Both the position numbers and the translations under genes were made by a program. Under the pieces are notes generated by a model. The model was not told the origin of the DNA. It ran no database searches and saw only the letters and a program-made list of their open reading frames with translations. DNA of 64,000 nucleotides from Oligoflexales bacterium (lineage in GTDB: Bacteria > Bdellovibrionota_B > Oligoflexia > Oligoflexales > JALZUQ01), in assembly GCA_023301565.1 (NCBI GenBank), contig JALZUO010000028.1, positions 123 to 64,122 of the forward strand. Direction: 5' to 3'. Positions 9,708 through 19,597 of the stretch are shown piece after piece (the stretch's first letter is position 1; each line of letters opens with the position of its first letter).

Positions 9708-10400
9708 ATGAAAAGTTACAAGAAGAAACTAAATGGATTGAAGGCTGGGGTTATAGGTGCCGTCATCACCCTTGCAGTTGGTAGCGGTGGAGTAGCTTTT
9801 GGAGGCGCTGGGCCCGGGCCTGGAAACCCCGGTAAAGACGGGAAGCAAAGCCTTGTAAAGTTTCAGCCTAGGCTAAAAGCAGGGCTGAGTGGTATCGAAA
9901 AAGCTGCAGAGGGCATCAAAAGTATAGTTAAAAAAAGAAAACTGCGTGGCGGACACTTTGTTCTCTCTAAAGCTAGCAAGGTTATTGGCAAGGCAAAATC
10001 TGCTAAGGGCCTTGTAAAGAATCTGCATCTAGGCGGGAAACATGCGGTAGTGCATAAAAAGAAAAGGCTCAAAGATTCTCGTCAAAAAATTTCTAGCTCG
10101 GTTCAAGAGTTAAGGCAAGCAATCCGGCAACAAGGGCTTGGAAGGGTAGCACCTGGGTTAAGGCACCTAGTGCAGCGTTTAAGCAGTTCTGCACAGTCCT
10201 ATGCCGGCACTGTAGAAAGAGCTACTGCACAAGCTAGGAAAGTAGTCTGCCTAGCAAAGGACACAAAAGAGTTTAACAGGCCAGGTGCGTATAAAGGTGT
10301 AGCTTTCGACCGAGGCATAGCCAAAAAGAGTGCAATCAAGCAGTGCAGGTCCAACTCATCAGCCTATAGACCAAACTGTGTGGTCGTAAGGTGTAGCTGA
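9708..10400 (+). CDS. Hypothetical basic secreted protein with a C-terminal 4-Cys module (DUF4189-like)
   Basis: RBS AAGGGAGGG before ATG 9708; signal-like N-terminus; C-terminus CLAKD...AKKSAIKQC...NCVVVRCS. Confidence 0.65.
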   Translation: MKSYKKKLNGLKAGVIGAVITLAVGSGGVAFGGAGPGPGNPGKDGKQSLVKFQPRLKAGLSGIEKAAEGIKSIVKKRKLRGGHFVLSKASKVIGKAKSAKGLVKNLHLGGKHAVVHKKKRLKDSRQKISSSVQELRQAIRQQGLGRVAPGLRHLVQRLSSSAQSYAGTVERATAQARKVVCLAKDTKEFNRPGAYKGVAFDRGIAKKSAIKQCRSNSSAYRPNCVVVRCS

Positions 10401-10530
10401 CACAGCAAAGTATATTTCCTTGGTCTTGGCGGCGGCTTGCACGTGGCCTCCACTTTAAAAGACCAACCTCTGGACCCCTGGCGTTTACCTCCCCCGGTTA
10501 TATGCTGGGGGTCCTTCATGTTGGAACTAG

Positions 10531-10555
10531 AAGTGGTATCAAAATGAAACCACTT
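10531..10555. promoter_or_regulatory. Palindrome, candidate enhancer-binding-protein site
   Basis: AAGTGGTATC-AAAAT-GAAACCACTT, 9/10 dyad, about 70-90 bp upstream of a sigma54 site. Confidence 0.5.
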
Positions 10556-10621
10556 CTCCTCTCAAAGTTTCATTAGTCAACCGTTTGGACCTGTCAGATC
10601 AAATTCAAGAGCATTAGAGGC

Positions 10622-10637
10622 TGGCACGCAGTTTGCT
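10622..10637 (+). promoter_or_regulatory. Sigma54 -24/-12 promoter
   Basis: TGGCAC-GCAGT-TTGCT is an exact match to TGGCAC-N5-TTGCW. Confidence 0.8.
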
Positions 10638-10757
10638 TATGTATGAGTACGCACCAACCAAAGCCATGGGGGTCAAGGGGTAAGGTGTTTGTGGGGTCTT
10701 AAGCAAAAGCTTGTAGAACCACAGTTTCTAAAGAATATTAAATAAAGGGAGCGTACA

Positions 10758-11549
10758 ATGCATCCAACTAAATTCAAGAATCGCACACTTCAATCCTTAG
10801 CAGTTACTTTGGGAGTTCTATGTCTTGCAACTACGGCTGCAGCTCAGTACCACCCGCAGCAGCCATACGGGCATGGACCACAATATGGACATTCAGGCTA
10901 CCAGCATGCGCCGATTGTCCCTATGCCACGGCTTCGTGTAGCTCCAGTTTTGCCAGTAGTGCCAGTTCTACCTCGGCAACAAAACTATGCGAATTATTCT
11001 TCGCAACAGCTTTTTGCAGAAAGTGTTTCTATTGCAAGAAGAGTGGAAGTTAACATTCAAGAAGTTGTTCAAATAACCCAAGGCAACAACGGTTACGGGT
11101 ATGGCGACACACTTTCTAGCGCCTACGTTGAAATGCAAAGCTACTATCAAAGCGAAGAGCTTCGTAGTAACACTTACTTTTCCGTATCTGGTGAGATCCA
11201 GACGCACCTAACAAGTTTTGGTCAGTCTAGCTTTATGAGAGTCATCAATAGCCGAAGAAACAGCTGCCAATTCTCTCAGTCTGTGATCAGCGGCCTTTCG
11301 GCACTAGATCTGATCAACCTAGAAATCCGCTCAAGGATTCAAGCTCAGACTTTATACCCAGCAGTTGGCGGTGGCTACGTGGCTCCACGCTACCCAGTTC
11401 CTCAGCCAGGGTACAATGGATACAACAGAGGTCCAGCTCAGATTCCAGCTTTGTACCGTGATCCACGCAGCGACTACGCGCCACGCGGACCTCGCAGGGA
11501 TTACCGCCAGCCACGTAGCTGCCCATTGAGCAACCCGTCACGCTACTGA
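10758..11549 (+). CDS. Hypothetical secreted Pro/Gln/Tyr/Gly-rich protein
   Basis: RBS AAGGGAG; signal peptide ending TAAA-Q; low-complexity termini around a helical core. Confidence 0.75.
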   Translation: MHPTKFKNRTLQSLAVTLGVLCLATTAAAQYHPQQPYGHGPQYGHSGYQHAPIVPMPRLRVAPVLPVVPVLPRQQNYANYSSQQLFAESVSIARRVEVNIQEVVQITQGNNGYGYGDTLSSAYVEMQSYYQSEELRSNTYFSVSGEIQTHLTSFGQSSFMRVINSRRNSCQFSQSVISGLSALDLINLEIRSRIQAQTLYPAVGGGYVAPRYPVPQPGYNGYNRGPAQIPALYRDPRSDYAPRGPRRDYRQPRSCPLSNPSRY

Positions 11550-11673
11550 CACTTATAGAGAGGCAAAAGCTATCGAGCCTCCAGAGGCCCTAAGCCGCAA
11601 GTGCTGGTATACCTCTTCTGCCTTTAGGTAAACACTTAGTCCTTCTCTCCTTTGGGAGAGGAGGATTTTTGCT

Positions 11674-12954
11674 ATGCTAAAAGCTGGATTTTTTCAGCCC
11701 GAAAGGACGAGTTTTTTGTCTTTAAACCAAAGCATTCTAAATTTAGCCAAAGCATTGCTGTTGTACGCAGTTTTTTTTCCATCCTTGCATGCAGCGCCAG
11801 ACCTTGGTCACGTAAAGGTCTACCTGCAAACTGTTGATTTAGGCACAGGAGTGGAGGCCAAGTATGGTCACACGCAGCTGCGTGTGGTCGACACCCGCAG
11901 AGGTTCAGATAATATCTATACCTACGCTATGTATGACCCGAGCATAGAAAACTTTGTTATGAAATTTTTGCGTGGTGAGCTTTTATATGAAACCGGCTCC
12001 ATGCCCACCAGCCGTTCTTTGGGTTTTTACCAGCGTTTAAATCAACCTGTGTATGAAGACCTGCTTTTGCTTAATAGCGCAGAAAAGGTGCGGCTTGTTC
12101 AGCTGCTAAACTCAAGCATGACCGGACATAACCGGTATTATCGCTATGGTCACTTCAGAAAAAACTGCTCTACAAAACTTAGAGATATCCTGGACAAAGC
12201 AACAAAGGGGCGTCTAAGCGGGCTTACGGCCCAAAAATACACCCCGTTTACTTATAGGGATATGGTGCGAGAGCACAATGCGACCACCGTAGGGTTAGGG
12301 CTTCTTTTAGATATTTTGATTAATAGGCGTGCCGACAAACAGCTCACCTATTGGGAGCATATGTTTTTGCCGTTGCAGCTGCGCGAAAACCTCAGGCTTA
12401 TGCCTGCTGTTGACGACAGCGGTCAGGTCATAGCAAGCTCCATCCTAGGTCAAGGAAGGATATACAACCCTGGCGCCACGCCCACGGCTAATTACTTTCG
12501 TGACTATGTGGTTGTTTGGATTTTTATTTGTTTGCCCCTGTTGGTTATGGGCTACCTAATGACAACCCTGCCTTATATGGGATGGTCGTTTTCGGTGTTT
12601 GGTATTTATTTGGCTGCCTATTCTGTTTTTTCCACCATCTTTGGCGTTGGCATGATTTTCTTTTGGGCCGATACGATCCAGTTGATTGGATACCACAATG
12701 CGAACCTCTGGCTATTTTGGCCAACTGATTTTGTTTACCTGCTTTACGCGGGCCCATGTATTTTGGGTAACTTGCCGACTCGTCCCACGCGCAGGTTTTT
12801 GCAGTGGATGTCTGCTTTGCATTTAGTTGCTCTTTTTTCTTGTTTGGTCTTTTTGAGTTTGGGTGTCATCGTACAAAACATCTCTTCTGTTATGTTTACC
12901 TTTGGTGTCGTAAAACTGATTATCCACGCATTGATACTAACGGTTAGGCGTTAA
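11674..12954 (+). CDS. DUF4105 / Lnb-type lipoprotein N-acyltransferase family protein
   Basis: YGHTQLRV, YRYGHFRKNCSTKLRD, MFLP and four C-terminal TM helices. Confidence 0.8.
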   Translation: MLKAGFFQPERTSFLSLNQSILNLAKALLLYAVFFPSLHAAPDLGHVKVYLQTVDLGTGVEAKYGHTQLRVVDTRRGSDNIYTYAMYDPSIENFVMKFLRGELLYETGSMPTSRSLGFYQRLNQPVYEDLLLLNSAEKVRLVQLLNSSMTGHNRYYRYGHFRKNCSTKLRDILDKATKGRLSGLTAQKYTPFTYRDMVREHNATTVGLGLLLDILINRRADKQLTYWEHMFLPLQLRENLRLMPAVDDSGQVIASSILGQGRIYNPGATPTANYFRDYVVVWIFICLPLLVMGYLMTTLPYMGWSFSVFGIYLAAYSVFSTIFGVGMIFFWADTIQLIGYHNANLWLFWPTDFVYLLYAGPCILGNLPTRPTRRFLQWMSALHLVALFSCLVFLSLGVIVQNISSVMFTFGVVKLIIHALILTVRR

Positions 12955-13009
12955 AAAACTTGATACATTTTTTTGCATGTTTTTATAAATGCTGTTGACG
13001 CAAAATAAA

Positions 13010-13058
13010 AATCCCTCCAACATAAACCTTCTTTCTGAGAAGGTAGTTGGAGGGATTA
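13010..13058 (-). terminator. Long hairpin followed by a U-tract on the minus strand
   Basis: AATCCCTCCAAC..ACCTTCT/AGAAGGT..GTTGGAGGGATT; the minus strand continues TTTTATTTT. Confidence 0.6.
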
Positions 13059-13469
13059 GTTCTTCAAAACTCTTTGAGGACTTTTCGGAGGAGGATGCGT
13101 GACAAAGAGTTTTATGAGTGAAAAAGTCGTAGGCTCGAATTACGACTGCTTCTACTCGATTATCCACAGCATCTGGCCCCAAGCAAAATTGACGCTGCCA
13201 CCCCTTTAGTCAAAAGCCTAAAGTTCAATGGATGCATTGCCTTTGCCTTGTGACTATTTAATGCTCACATAATTATTTGCTCGAAGCAGTTGCAGGCTAA
13301 AAATTGAGCTTCTGCAAAAGGCTGGTAGATACCGCTTTGCTTCAACCTCTTGACATTCACGGCTTCTAACGTAAGTTTGTTATCTGGTTTTTTGCAGGTG
13401 TCTTTTTTTACTGTGATTTTTTCAAAGTGAAAAGGTTCAAAGCTAGTAAAAAAAATCAAGATACATTTA

Positions 13470-13541
13470 GGCCCTATAGTTAAACGGATATAACAAGCGC
13501 TTCCTAAGCGTTAGTTCTTGGTTCGATTCCAGGTGGGGCCG
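13470..13541 (+). tRNA. tRNA-Arg(CCT), CCA not encoded
   Basis: Acceptor GGCCCTA/TGGGGCC; anticodon arm AGCGC-TTCCTAA-GCGTT; T arm with GGTTCGATTCC. Confidence 0.92.
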
Positions 13542-13550
13542 CTTTTTTAG

Positions 13551-13844
13551 ATTCTTTGGTTTTGGCAGGTCCAAAACACTCTTCCTTGTGAACCCAAATG
13601 GTTAGCCAAAGAAATAAAGACGCGCCGCTGGTGCGGCAAACAAGCTGTCTTATCGGAACTTACGGGTATAGCTGTGTCAAATATTTCAAACATCGAAAAC
13701 GAGAAGTCCCGCCTGGGAGAAGATCGGGCTACACTGATTGCAACAGGTTTTGGAGTAAAACCTGAGCTTATTCTTTTTCCTAATGGGTTTGAAAGACTAG
13801 ACTTAAAGTCAAAGATGAAGAAAATTCAAAAAAAGCTAGATTAA
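13551..13844 (+). pseudogene. XRE/HigA-like HTH remnant without a usable start codon
   Basis: Open frame reads ...KQAVLSELTGIAVSNISNIENEKSRLGEDRATLIATGFGVKPELILFPNG...*; no in-frame ATG/GTG/TTG before the HTH; absent from the ORF track. Confidence 0.7.
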
Positions 13845-13885
13845 GTTTAAAAAAGGCTTCTTGAGCAAATCTGTTGGAGAGCACT

Positions 13886-13919
13886 AAAAAAATCCCCTGG
13901 CAAAAATACCAGGGGGTTT
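13886..13919 (-). terminator. Terminator of the porin gene
   Basis: AAAAAATCCCCTGG-CAAAAATA-CCAGGGGGTTT. Confidence 0.7.
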
Positions 13920-13939
13920 CCAGTTGCTGCTTGTTTTGA

Positions 13940-15004
13940 CTAGAATTGGCTCATAACACCCAGTTGTACGTTAGCCTGCGATGGCTTGTCTTCCCTCGCG
14001 GAGTCCCACTCACCTGTTTGGAGGTGTGCTGCTACATATGGCCGAAAAACATCACCGCTTGCTCGCCAGTGCGTACCGATTGCTATCTCTGTTAAGTTGC
14101 TATCGGCATCTACACTGTTTCCGGAGTTTTCTTCGCCCATAGATCCACCATCAAGCGTGTCAAACAAAGTAAACTTCAAGAAAGGAATAAAGTCACCTGT
14201 GTCGTACTGTGCGTGAATCGCAAGTCTGTGCCCACTCAAGTCCTCTCCACTAACCTCAGCCATTTTATAGCCATAATCAAGGTGAGCAGTCAGGGCGCCA
14301 GACTTGTATTTTACGCCTGCACCAAGGTCATAAACTGTAGACGCACCTGCTGGCCTGCTTGCACCAACTTGAAATAGAGCTTCGATTTCGCCAAAGGTTC
14401 CGAGCCATTCGATGGTTGCTGCAGGTTGGCCAGCGTCGATTGCCTTCATCATTGAATCTACTATTTCATCCTTGATTACCTGGACGGTTACTTTATGACC
14501 TTCAGCAACGTTGAACATTGCAGAGACTCCGACTTGGCTAAGTTCAAGAGACCAAGATTGACTTGTAACCCAAGGCGAGTTGTAAATCGCAGTAAAGTCT
14601 TGCTCTTTGCGCTCAAAGCCACCGTAGTTTACGTAGTCTTTACCAACGCGCACGCTTAGCTTGTCGCCAAAATGATGGGTCACATGAGCAAGCTCAACTG
14701 CATCTTGCAGGTTAGAGCCAACTCCGTTGACAACGTCTTCGAACCGGAGAAGAGCACGGTAGTCCGTGTTTTCACCGACGTTGCCACTCATTTTGACTTT
14801 GGCTGCGTGCAATGACCAAATTTTGCTGTCGTCAGGATCATTTGTAAGCACTTCGCCAAAGCCATTGTCACTATAGGTAAACTCCGTACGTAGCTCAGCA
14901 CCTATTTTAAACCCATAGCCTTTTTTGTCATGACCGTCTGCCATAGCAGATCCGCTGACAACCATCAATCCAAGTGCAGAAAGACCTAATAGTTTCCGTA
15001 ACAT
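13940..15004 (-). CDS. Outer-membrane beta-barrel porin (OprO/OprP-like)
   Basis: Signal peptide (AMA-D), amphipathic beta strands, SVRVGK motif, C-terminal Phe; ATG 15004 preferred over track start 15034. Confidence 0.75.
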   Translation of the reverse strand: MLRKLLGLSALGLMVVSGSAMADGHDKKGYGFKIGAELRTEFTYSDNGFGEVLTNDPDDSKIWSLHAAKVKMSGNVGENTDYRALLRFEDVVNGVGSNLQDAVELAHVTHHFGDKLSVRVGKDYVNYGGFERKEQDFTAIYNSPWVTSQSWSLELSQVGVSAMFNVAEGHKVTVQVIKDEIVDSMMKAIDAGQPAATIEWLGTFGEIEALFQVGASRPAGASTVYDLGAGVKYKSGALTAHLDYGYKMAEVSGEDLSGHRLAIHAQYDTGDFIPFLKFTLFDTLDGGSMGEENSGNSVDADSNLTEIAIGTHWRASGDVFRPYVAAHLQTGEWDSAREDKPSQANVQLGVMSQF

Positions 15005-15328
15005 CACACATCCTCCAAAAACATGTTTCCTCAAACCTACGCTGATCGAGCCCTCGGTCTATCAGATATACAAACCTTAGGTTTTGAAAAGCGTATGAAA
15101 TAATTTTAGCCACTAAAGAAAATACAATGCAAGGCTATGTTTTTTAGAATTACTTAAAAAGCTAGCGTGTTTTAATTTTAATTTTGCGACCATATATAAA
15201 GCGTGAACACACCGTCAAAGTTGGTTTGTTCGACTGTTTGATCTATAGTTGGTTAAAAGACAAGTAATACCTTCGTCCCCAATGCTTTGCGGCGTAGGTT
15301 TTAACAACCAAACCATAAGGGCTTGCGC

Positions 15329-16447
15329 ATGAATCAACTTTCTTTCGACCAGACAAACCGCGAGCAAACCCGCGACTACCTGCACGCAAGGCTTAAAGGC
15401 CTGCATCCGGAGGTTGAAATCGAGGCTAAAATTGACCAAGTTTTCAACATCAATAAGCTCAAATTAAAGAAAAATGCGCTGGTTTTGGGCCATAACTACA
15501 TGGAGCCGGCCTTGTTTCATGGTGTGGCTGACTTTACGGGCGATTCCTTGCAACTTTGTCAGGTTGCTGAAAAATCTGAAAAACCCATTCTCGTATATTT
15601 GGGCGTAGAGTTTATGGCTGAGTCGGCTAAGATTCTAAACCCAGAGCGCAAGGTTTTGATTCCTTCACAAAAAGCTGGCTGCTCTCTTGCCTCAAGCATT
15701 ACCGCCGAAGATGTGCGTAATTTGAAAAAACGCTACCCGGGTGTACCCGTGGTTACCTACATCAATAGCTATGCAGACGTAAAAGCAGAGACAGATATTT
15801 GCTGCACCTCAAGCAATGCTGCAAAGATTGTTGCAGCGCTTGATACAGACACCGTTATTTTTATCCCAGACGAGTTTCTTGCGCAAAACGTCGCGGCAGA
15901 AACCGGTACCAAGCTTATGGTCCCTAAAAAAGACCTTAGCGATGCTCAGGACCCACAGGTAGGCGTCAAAACCTTTGTAGGGTGGAAGGGCCGCTGTGAA
16001 GTGCACGAAGAGTTCACGGTTGCAGATATTGAACGCGTGCGAAAGCAGGAGCCTGATGTAGTCGTTCTGGCTCACCCTGAGTGCAGCTTAGAGGTTTGCC
16101 AGGCTGCAGACTTTAGCGGAAGCACCTCTGCCATTATTCGCTATGTAGAGGAGCGCCCTGAGGCCGCAAAGTATTTAATCCTGACCGAGTGTGCGATGGG
16201 CGATAACATCATTGCCGCCATTAACGGTAAAAAGAAGGATGCCGGCAAGCCTGCAGATTCCCCAGGTCCTGAGGTTTTGCGTCTTTGTTCGGTGCGCTGC
16301 CCGCATATGGCTCAGATCACGCTTGCCGACACCATGGCTGCCATAGAGCAAGAGCAGTACGAGGTGACTGTTCCAGAAGAAATCCGTATCAAAGCAAAAG
16401 CTTCGATTGATCGTATGCTTGAGATGAGTGCCAAGCTCGGGCTGTAG
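15329..16447 (+). CDS. nadA: Quinolinate synthase A
   Basis: GHNYM, GDSL, FMAESAKIL, AGCSLA, YINS, CCTSSNA, CEVH, AHPEC, CPHM. Confidence 0.96.
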   Translation: MNQLSFDQTNREQTRDYLHARLKGLHPEVEIEAKIDQVFNINKLKLKKNALVLGHNYMEPALFHGVADFTGDSLQLCQVAEKSEKPILVYLGVEFMAESAKILNPERKVLIPSQKAGCSLASSITAEDVRNLKKRYPGVPVVTYINSYADVKAETDICCTSSNAAKIVAALDTDTVIFIPDEFLAQNVAAETGTKLMVPKKDLSDAQDPQVGVKTFVGWKGRCEVHEEFTVADIERVRKQEPDVVVLAHPECSLEVCQAADFSGSTSAIIRYVEERPEAAKYLILTECAMGDNIIAAINGKKKDAGKPADSPGPEVLRLCSVRCPHMAQITLADTMAAIEQEQYEVTVPEEIRIKAKASIDRMLEMSAKLGL

Positions 16448-16661
16448 GTGGTTCGCTCTTTTTGTCTACTTTCTATGCAAAATGCATGGAGATCTAGGCT
16501 ATGGATAAATGTTCTCATGGCAACCGCCTCGTAAATCCGTCAAACTAGGGCACTCTTGTCTCTAGAGTACTTTTGTATCTATGGCACATGGGGAGTATCT
16601 AGGTTTTCTAGATGTGAGACCGGTTAGCGGTGACGTGAAAGTTCAAGGAGACTACAGGCGT

Positions 16662-18470
16662 ATGAATTTAGAAGATAACCCGAAGCTTTACACCATACGG
16701 CACTCGCTTGCGCATATCTTGGCACAAGCTATCCAGCAGATGTTCCCAGGGACCAAGCTCGGTTTTGGCCCTCCAACTGGCGAAGGGTTTTACTACGACT
16801 TTGATTTTCCAGGAGACGCCCCGGGGGAAAAAGATCTTAAAAACATCGAAAAAGCCATGCGTAAGATCATCAACTCTGGGCAAAGCTTTGAGCGTATCGA
16901 CGGCGGCTATGACGATGCCAAAAAGGTCTTGTCTGATTATGGCGACGAGCCTTTTAAGCAAGAGAACCTAGATAACCTCAAAGAGCGAGGAATTGAAGGG
17001 TTTAGCTTTTATAAAAGTGGTGATTTTCTGGATGTGTGCGAAGGACCCCACGTTGAAAACTCCAAAGAACTTCCGGCAGATGCCTTTAAGCTAGACCGCA
17101 TAGCAGGTGCTTATTGGCTCGGAGACGAGAAAAAACCTATGCTTACACGCATCTACGCACTGGCGTTTGAAAACAAAGCAGAGCTGCGTGGGTATATTGA
17201 TATGCGCGAAAAAGCGCGTGCTTTCGACCATAAAAAACTTGGTAAAGAACTCGACCTTTTTGTCATTGACGATACTGTAGGTAAAGGCCTTCCTCTTTGG
17301 CTTCCAAACGGAACCGTCTTACGTGACGAAATTCAAAAGTACGCCGAAGAAGTAGAGTTTAAGTACGGTTACAAGCGTGTGTCGACACCGCACATAACCA
17401 AAAAAGAGCTCTACCTGCGAAGCCAGCATTTACCAGCTTACCAAGACGCAATGTTTCCGCCTCTTGTCATGGAAGAAGACGGCGCTAAAGAAGAATACTA
17501 CCTAAAGCCGATGAACTGCCCGCATCATCATCTAATCTACGCGGCTCGGCCCAAAAGTTATAGAGACCTTCCGCTGCGACTTGCCGAGTATGGGACAAAC
17601 TACCGCTATGAAAAATCTGGTGAGCTTAGTGGTTTGATTCGGGTTCGAGGGATGACCTTAAATGATTCGCATATTTATATTCGTGAAAATCAGTTTGAAG
17701 AAGAATTTCGTAAGGTCATTGATTTATATCAAGAGTGTTACGCGACCTTTGGCTTAACCGATTATACCTACCGCCTTTCGATTAGAGGCGCCGGAAACGA
17801 GTCTAAGTTTAAAGGTGACCCGGTAATGTGGGATAAAGCCGAAAAGCTTTTGGCAAAGGTGATGGATGAAGCAGGGCTAAGCTATTTTGTCGGTGAGGGC
17901 GAGGCAGCTTTTTACGGCCCTAAAATAGATATTCAGTTTAAAAACATGCTCGGCAGAGAAGAAACCGTATCGACGATCCAAGTAGATTTCTTGTCTCCAG
18001 ATAATTTTGATCTGAGCTACACAGATGAGGACGGTAAAGACGCGCGGCCTGTGATCATTCATAGATCTCCCCTCTCGACTCTTGAGCGTTTTGTTAGCTA
18101 TTTGATCGAGTATTACGGCGGCGCTTTCCCTACGTGGCTTGCACCCGTTCAGCTTTGCCTGCTGCCAGTCCATGAAGACGCGCTAAAGGTTTGCCGCCAG
18201 ATTGAAGAGAGGCTACATAAACGCCGAGTTCGGGTTGAAATTGATGATAGCGACAATAGCTTTAACAAAAAGATCCGTATGAACGTTAAAAGAAAGATTC
18301 CTATTTTAGGGATCATCGGCAAAAACGAAGTCGAAAGTGGCAGCATTACTCTGCGGCGTTATGGGATTGAAGAGCAAGAAACCTTAACTTTAGAGGCGTT
18401 TGAAAAGACTCTTCTTAAAGAGATCGAAGAGCGTGCGATGCACCGCGAAGCGATGACTTCGAAGCTATAG
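16662..18470 (+). CDS. thrS: Threonyl-tRNA synthetase (short form without TGS domain)
   Basis: RHSLAH, CEGPHV, GAYWLGD, DHKKLGKELDLF, KPMNCPHH, AFYGPKID, PTWLAPVQ; RBS AGGAG before ATG 16662. Confidence 0.97.
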   Translation: MNLEDNPKLYTIRHSLAHILAQAIQQMFPGTKLGFGPPTGEGFYYDFDFPGDAPGEKDLKNIEKAMRKIINSGQSFERIDGGYDDAKKVLSDYGDEPFKQENLDNLKERGIEGFSFYKSGDFLDVCEGPHVENSKELPADAFKLDRIAGAYWLGDEKKPMLTRIYALAFENKAELRGYIDMREKARAFDHKKLGKELDLFVIDDTVGKGLPLWLPNGTVLRDEIQKYAEEVEFKYGYKRVSTPHITKKELYLRSQHLPAYQDAMFPPLVMEEDGAKEEYYLKPMNCPHHHLIYAARPKSYRDLPLRLAEYGTNYRYEKSGELSGLIRVRGMTLNDSHIYIRENQFEEEFRKVIDLYQECYATFGLTDYTYRLSIRGAGNESKFKGDPVMWDKAEKLLAKVMDEAGLSYFVGEGEAAFYGPKIDIQFKNMLGREETVSTIQVDFLSPDNFDLSYTDEDGKDARPVIIHRSPLSTLERFVSYLIEYYGGAFPTWLAPVQLCLLPVHEDALKVCRQIEERLHKRRVRVEIDDSDNSFNKKIRMNVKRKIPILGIIGKNEVESGSITLRRYGIEEQETLTLEAFEKTLLKEIEERAMHREAMTSKL

Positions 18471-18531
18471 TTCAATACTAAGGTTCAATACTGTAGTTTG
18501 AAAACATGAATACAAGCGGACTCGCGGGGGT

Positions 18532-19566
18532 GTGATGGCGAAATTTTCAGGAGCAAAAGTATGGATCGACGGTCCAGGTGCAGTGCCCGGACTTTCTATC
18601 CAGGCTCAAGATGTTAGCGCCGAAGATTTGCCTGCAGGCTACCTTTTGGTAAAGACAGAGTATTCTTCGATCAACTACAAAGATGCTATAGCTATTACCG
18701 GACGTGGCAAGATTCTGCGTTCTTTTCCGCTGACGCCAGGTATAGATTTTGCTGGAGAGGTCGTGCATAGCCATTCAGAAAAGTTCAAGGTTGGCCAAAA
18801 GGTTTTTGCAACTGGCCAAGGGTTTGGTGAAAAGCTCTCGGGTGGGTTGGCTACCTACTGCATTGCAGTAGAAGACAAAATACTTGCAGTTCCTGATGCG
18901 TGGAAGCCAAAGCAAACCATGATTTTAGGGACTGCAGGGTTTACGGCAGGGCTTGCAGCTTTAAGAATGCAACAAGTAGAACACACAAGTGATTCTGGCT
19001 ATATATCCGGGCCCATATTGGTCACAGGTGCGAGCGGCGGCGTGGGTAGCATCGCGACCGCTCTATTTGCAAAGCTTGGTTTTGAGGTTTGGGCGTTGTC
19101 ATCGAAAAAGACCAGGCACACATATCTCAAAAGCTTGGGAGCCCGTAAGGTTATGACGCCAGAAGAGTTTTTTAGCCAAGAGCTAAAAACAGTCGATAGG
19201 CCTAGGGCCCTTGAAAAAGGTGTGTTAGGTGGTGTGGTAGACAATGTTGGCGGTGAGTTGCTGTCTAAGCTCATTCCGTTTGTAAACCTATGGGGGAACG
19301 TTGCCTCGATTGGGCTGGCAGCTGGAGCGGAGCTAAGCTCTACGGTTATGCCACACATTTTGCGAGGGGTGAGTATCTTGGGCATCAGCAGTACAAACTG
19401 CCCGCCCCATCTAAGAGAAAAGGTTTGGGAGCTTTTGGCCAAAAACTTTAGTCCAGAAGATCTGGAAGGGTTTATAGAAGAGGTTGTGCCACTGAGCGAA
19501 GTTTTTCGGGTGAGCACAGAGCTTTTGGACCGAAAACGCTCACGTAGGACCTTGGTGCAAATTTGA
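18532..19566 (+). CDS. YhdH/AcuI-family MDR oxidoreductase (acryloyl-CoA reductase-like)
   Basis: YSSINYKDA, PGIDFAG, GTAGFTA, VTGASGGVGS, TVMPHILRGV. Confidence 0.92.
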   Translation: MMAKFSGAKVWIDGPGAVPGLSIQAQDVSAEDLPAGYLLVKTEYSSINYKDAIAITGRGKILRSFPLTPGIDFAGEVVHSHSEKFKVGQKVFATGQGFGEKLSGGLATYCIAVEDKILAVPDAWKPKQTMILGTAGFTAGLAALRMQQVEHTSDSGYISGPILVTGASGGVGSIATALFAKLGFEVWALSSKKTRHTYLKSLGARKVMTPEEFFSQELKTVDRPRALEKGVLGGVVDNVGGELLSKLIPFVNLWGNVASIGLAAGAELSSTVMPHILRGVSILGISSTNCPPHLREKVWELLAKNFSPEDLEGFIEEVVPLSEVFRVSTELLDRKRSRRTLVQI

Positions 19567-19597
19567 AAATATTTTTTAAAAGGCTTTAAGGTTTACC

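Noticed and set aside
13160-13168. DnaA box TTATCCACA as a sign of oriC
   Set aside because: Single box, with no cluster and no dnaA/gidA context; another copy lies inside a CDS at about 28629.
13170-13260. c-di-GMP-I riboswitch (GGCAAA-like words on the minus strand)
   Set aside because: Could not build the GNRA P2 stem or the GACGCAAA junction.
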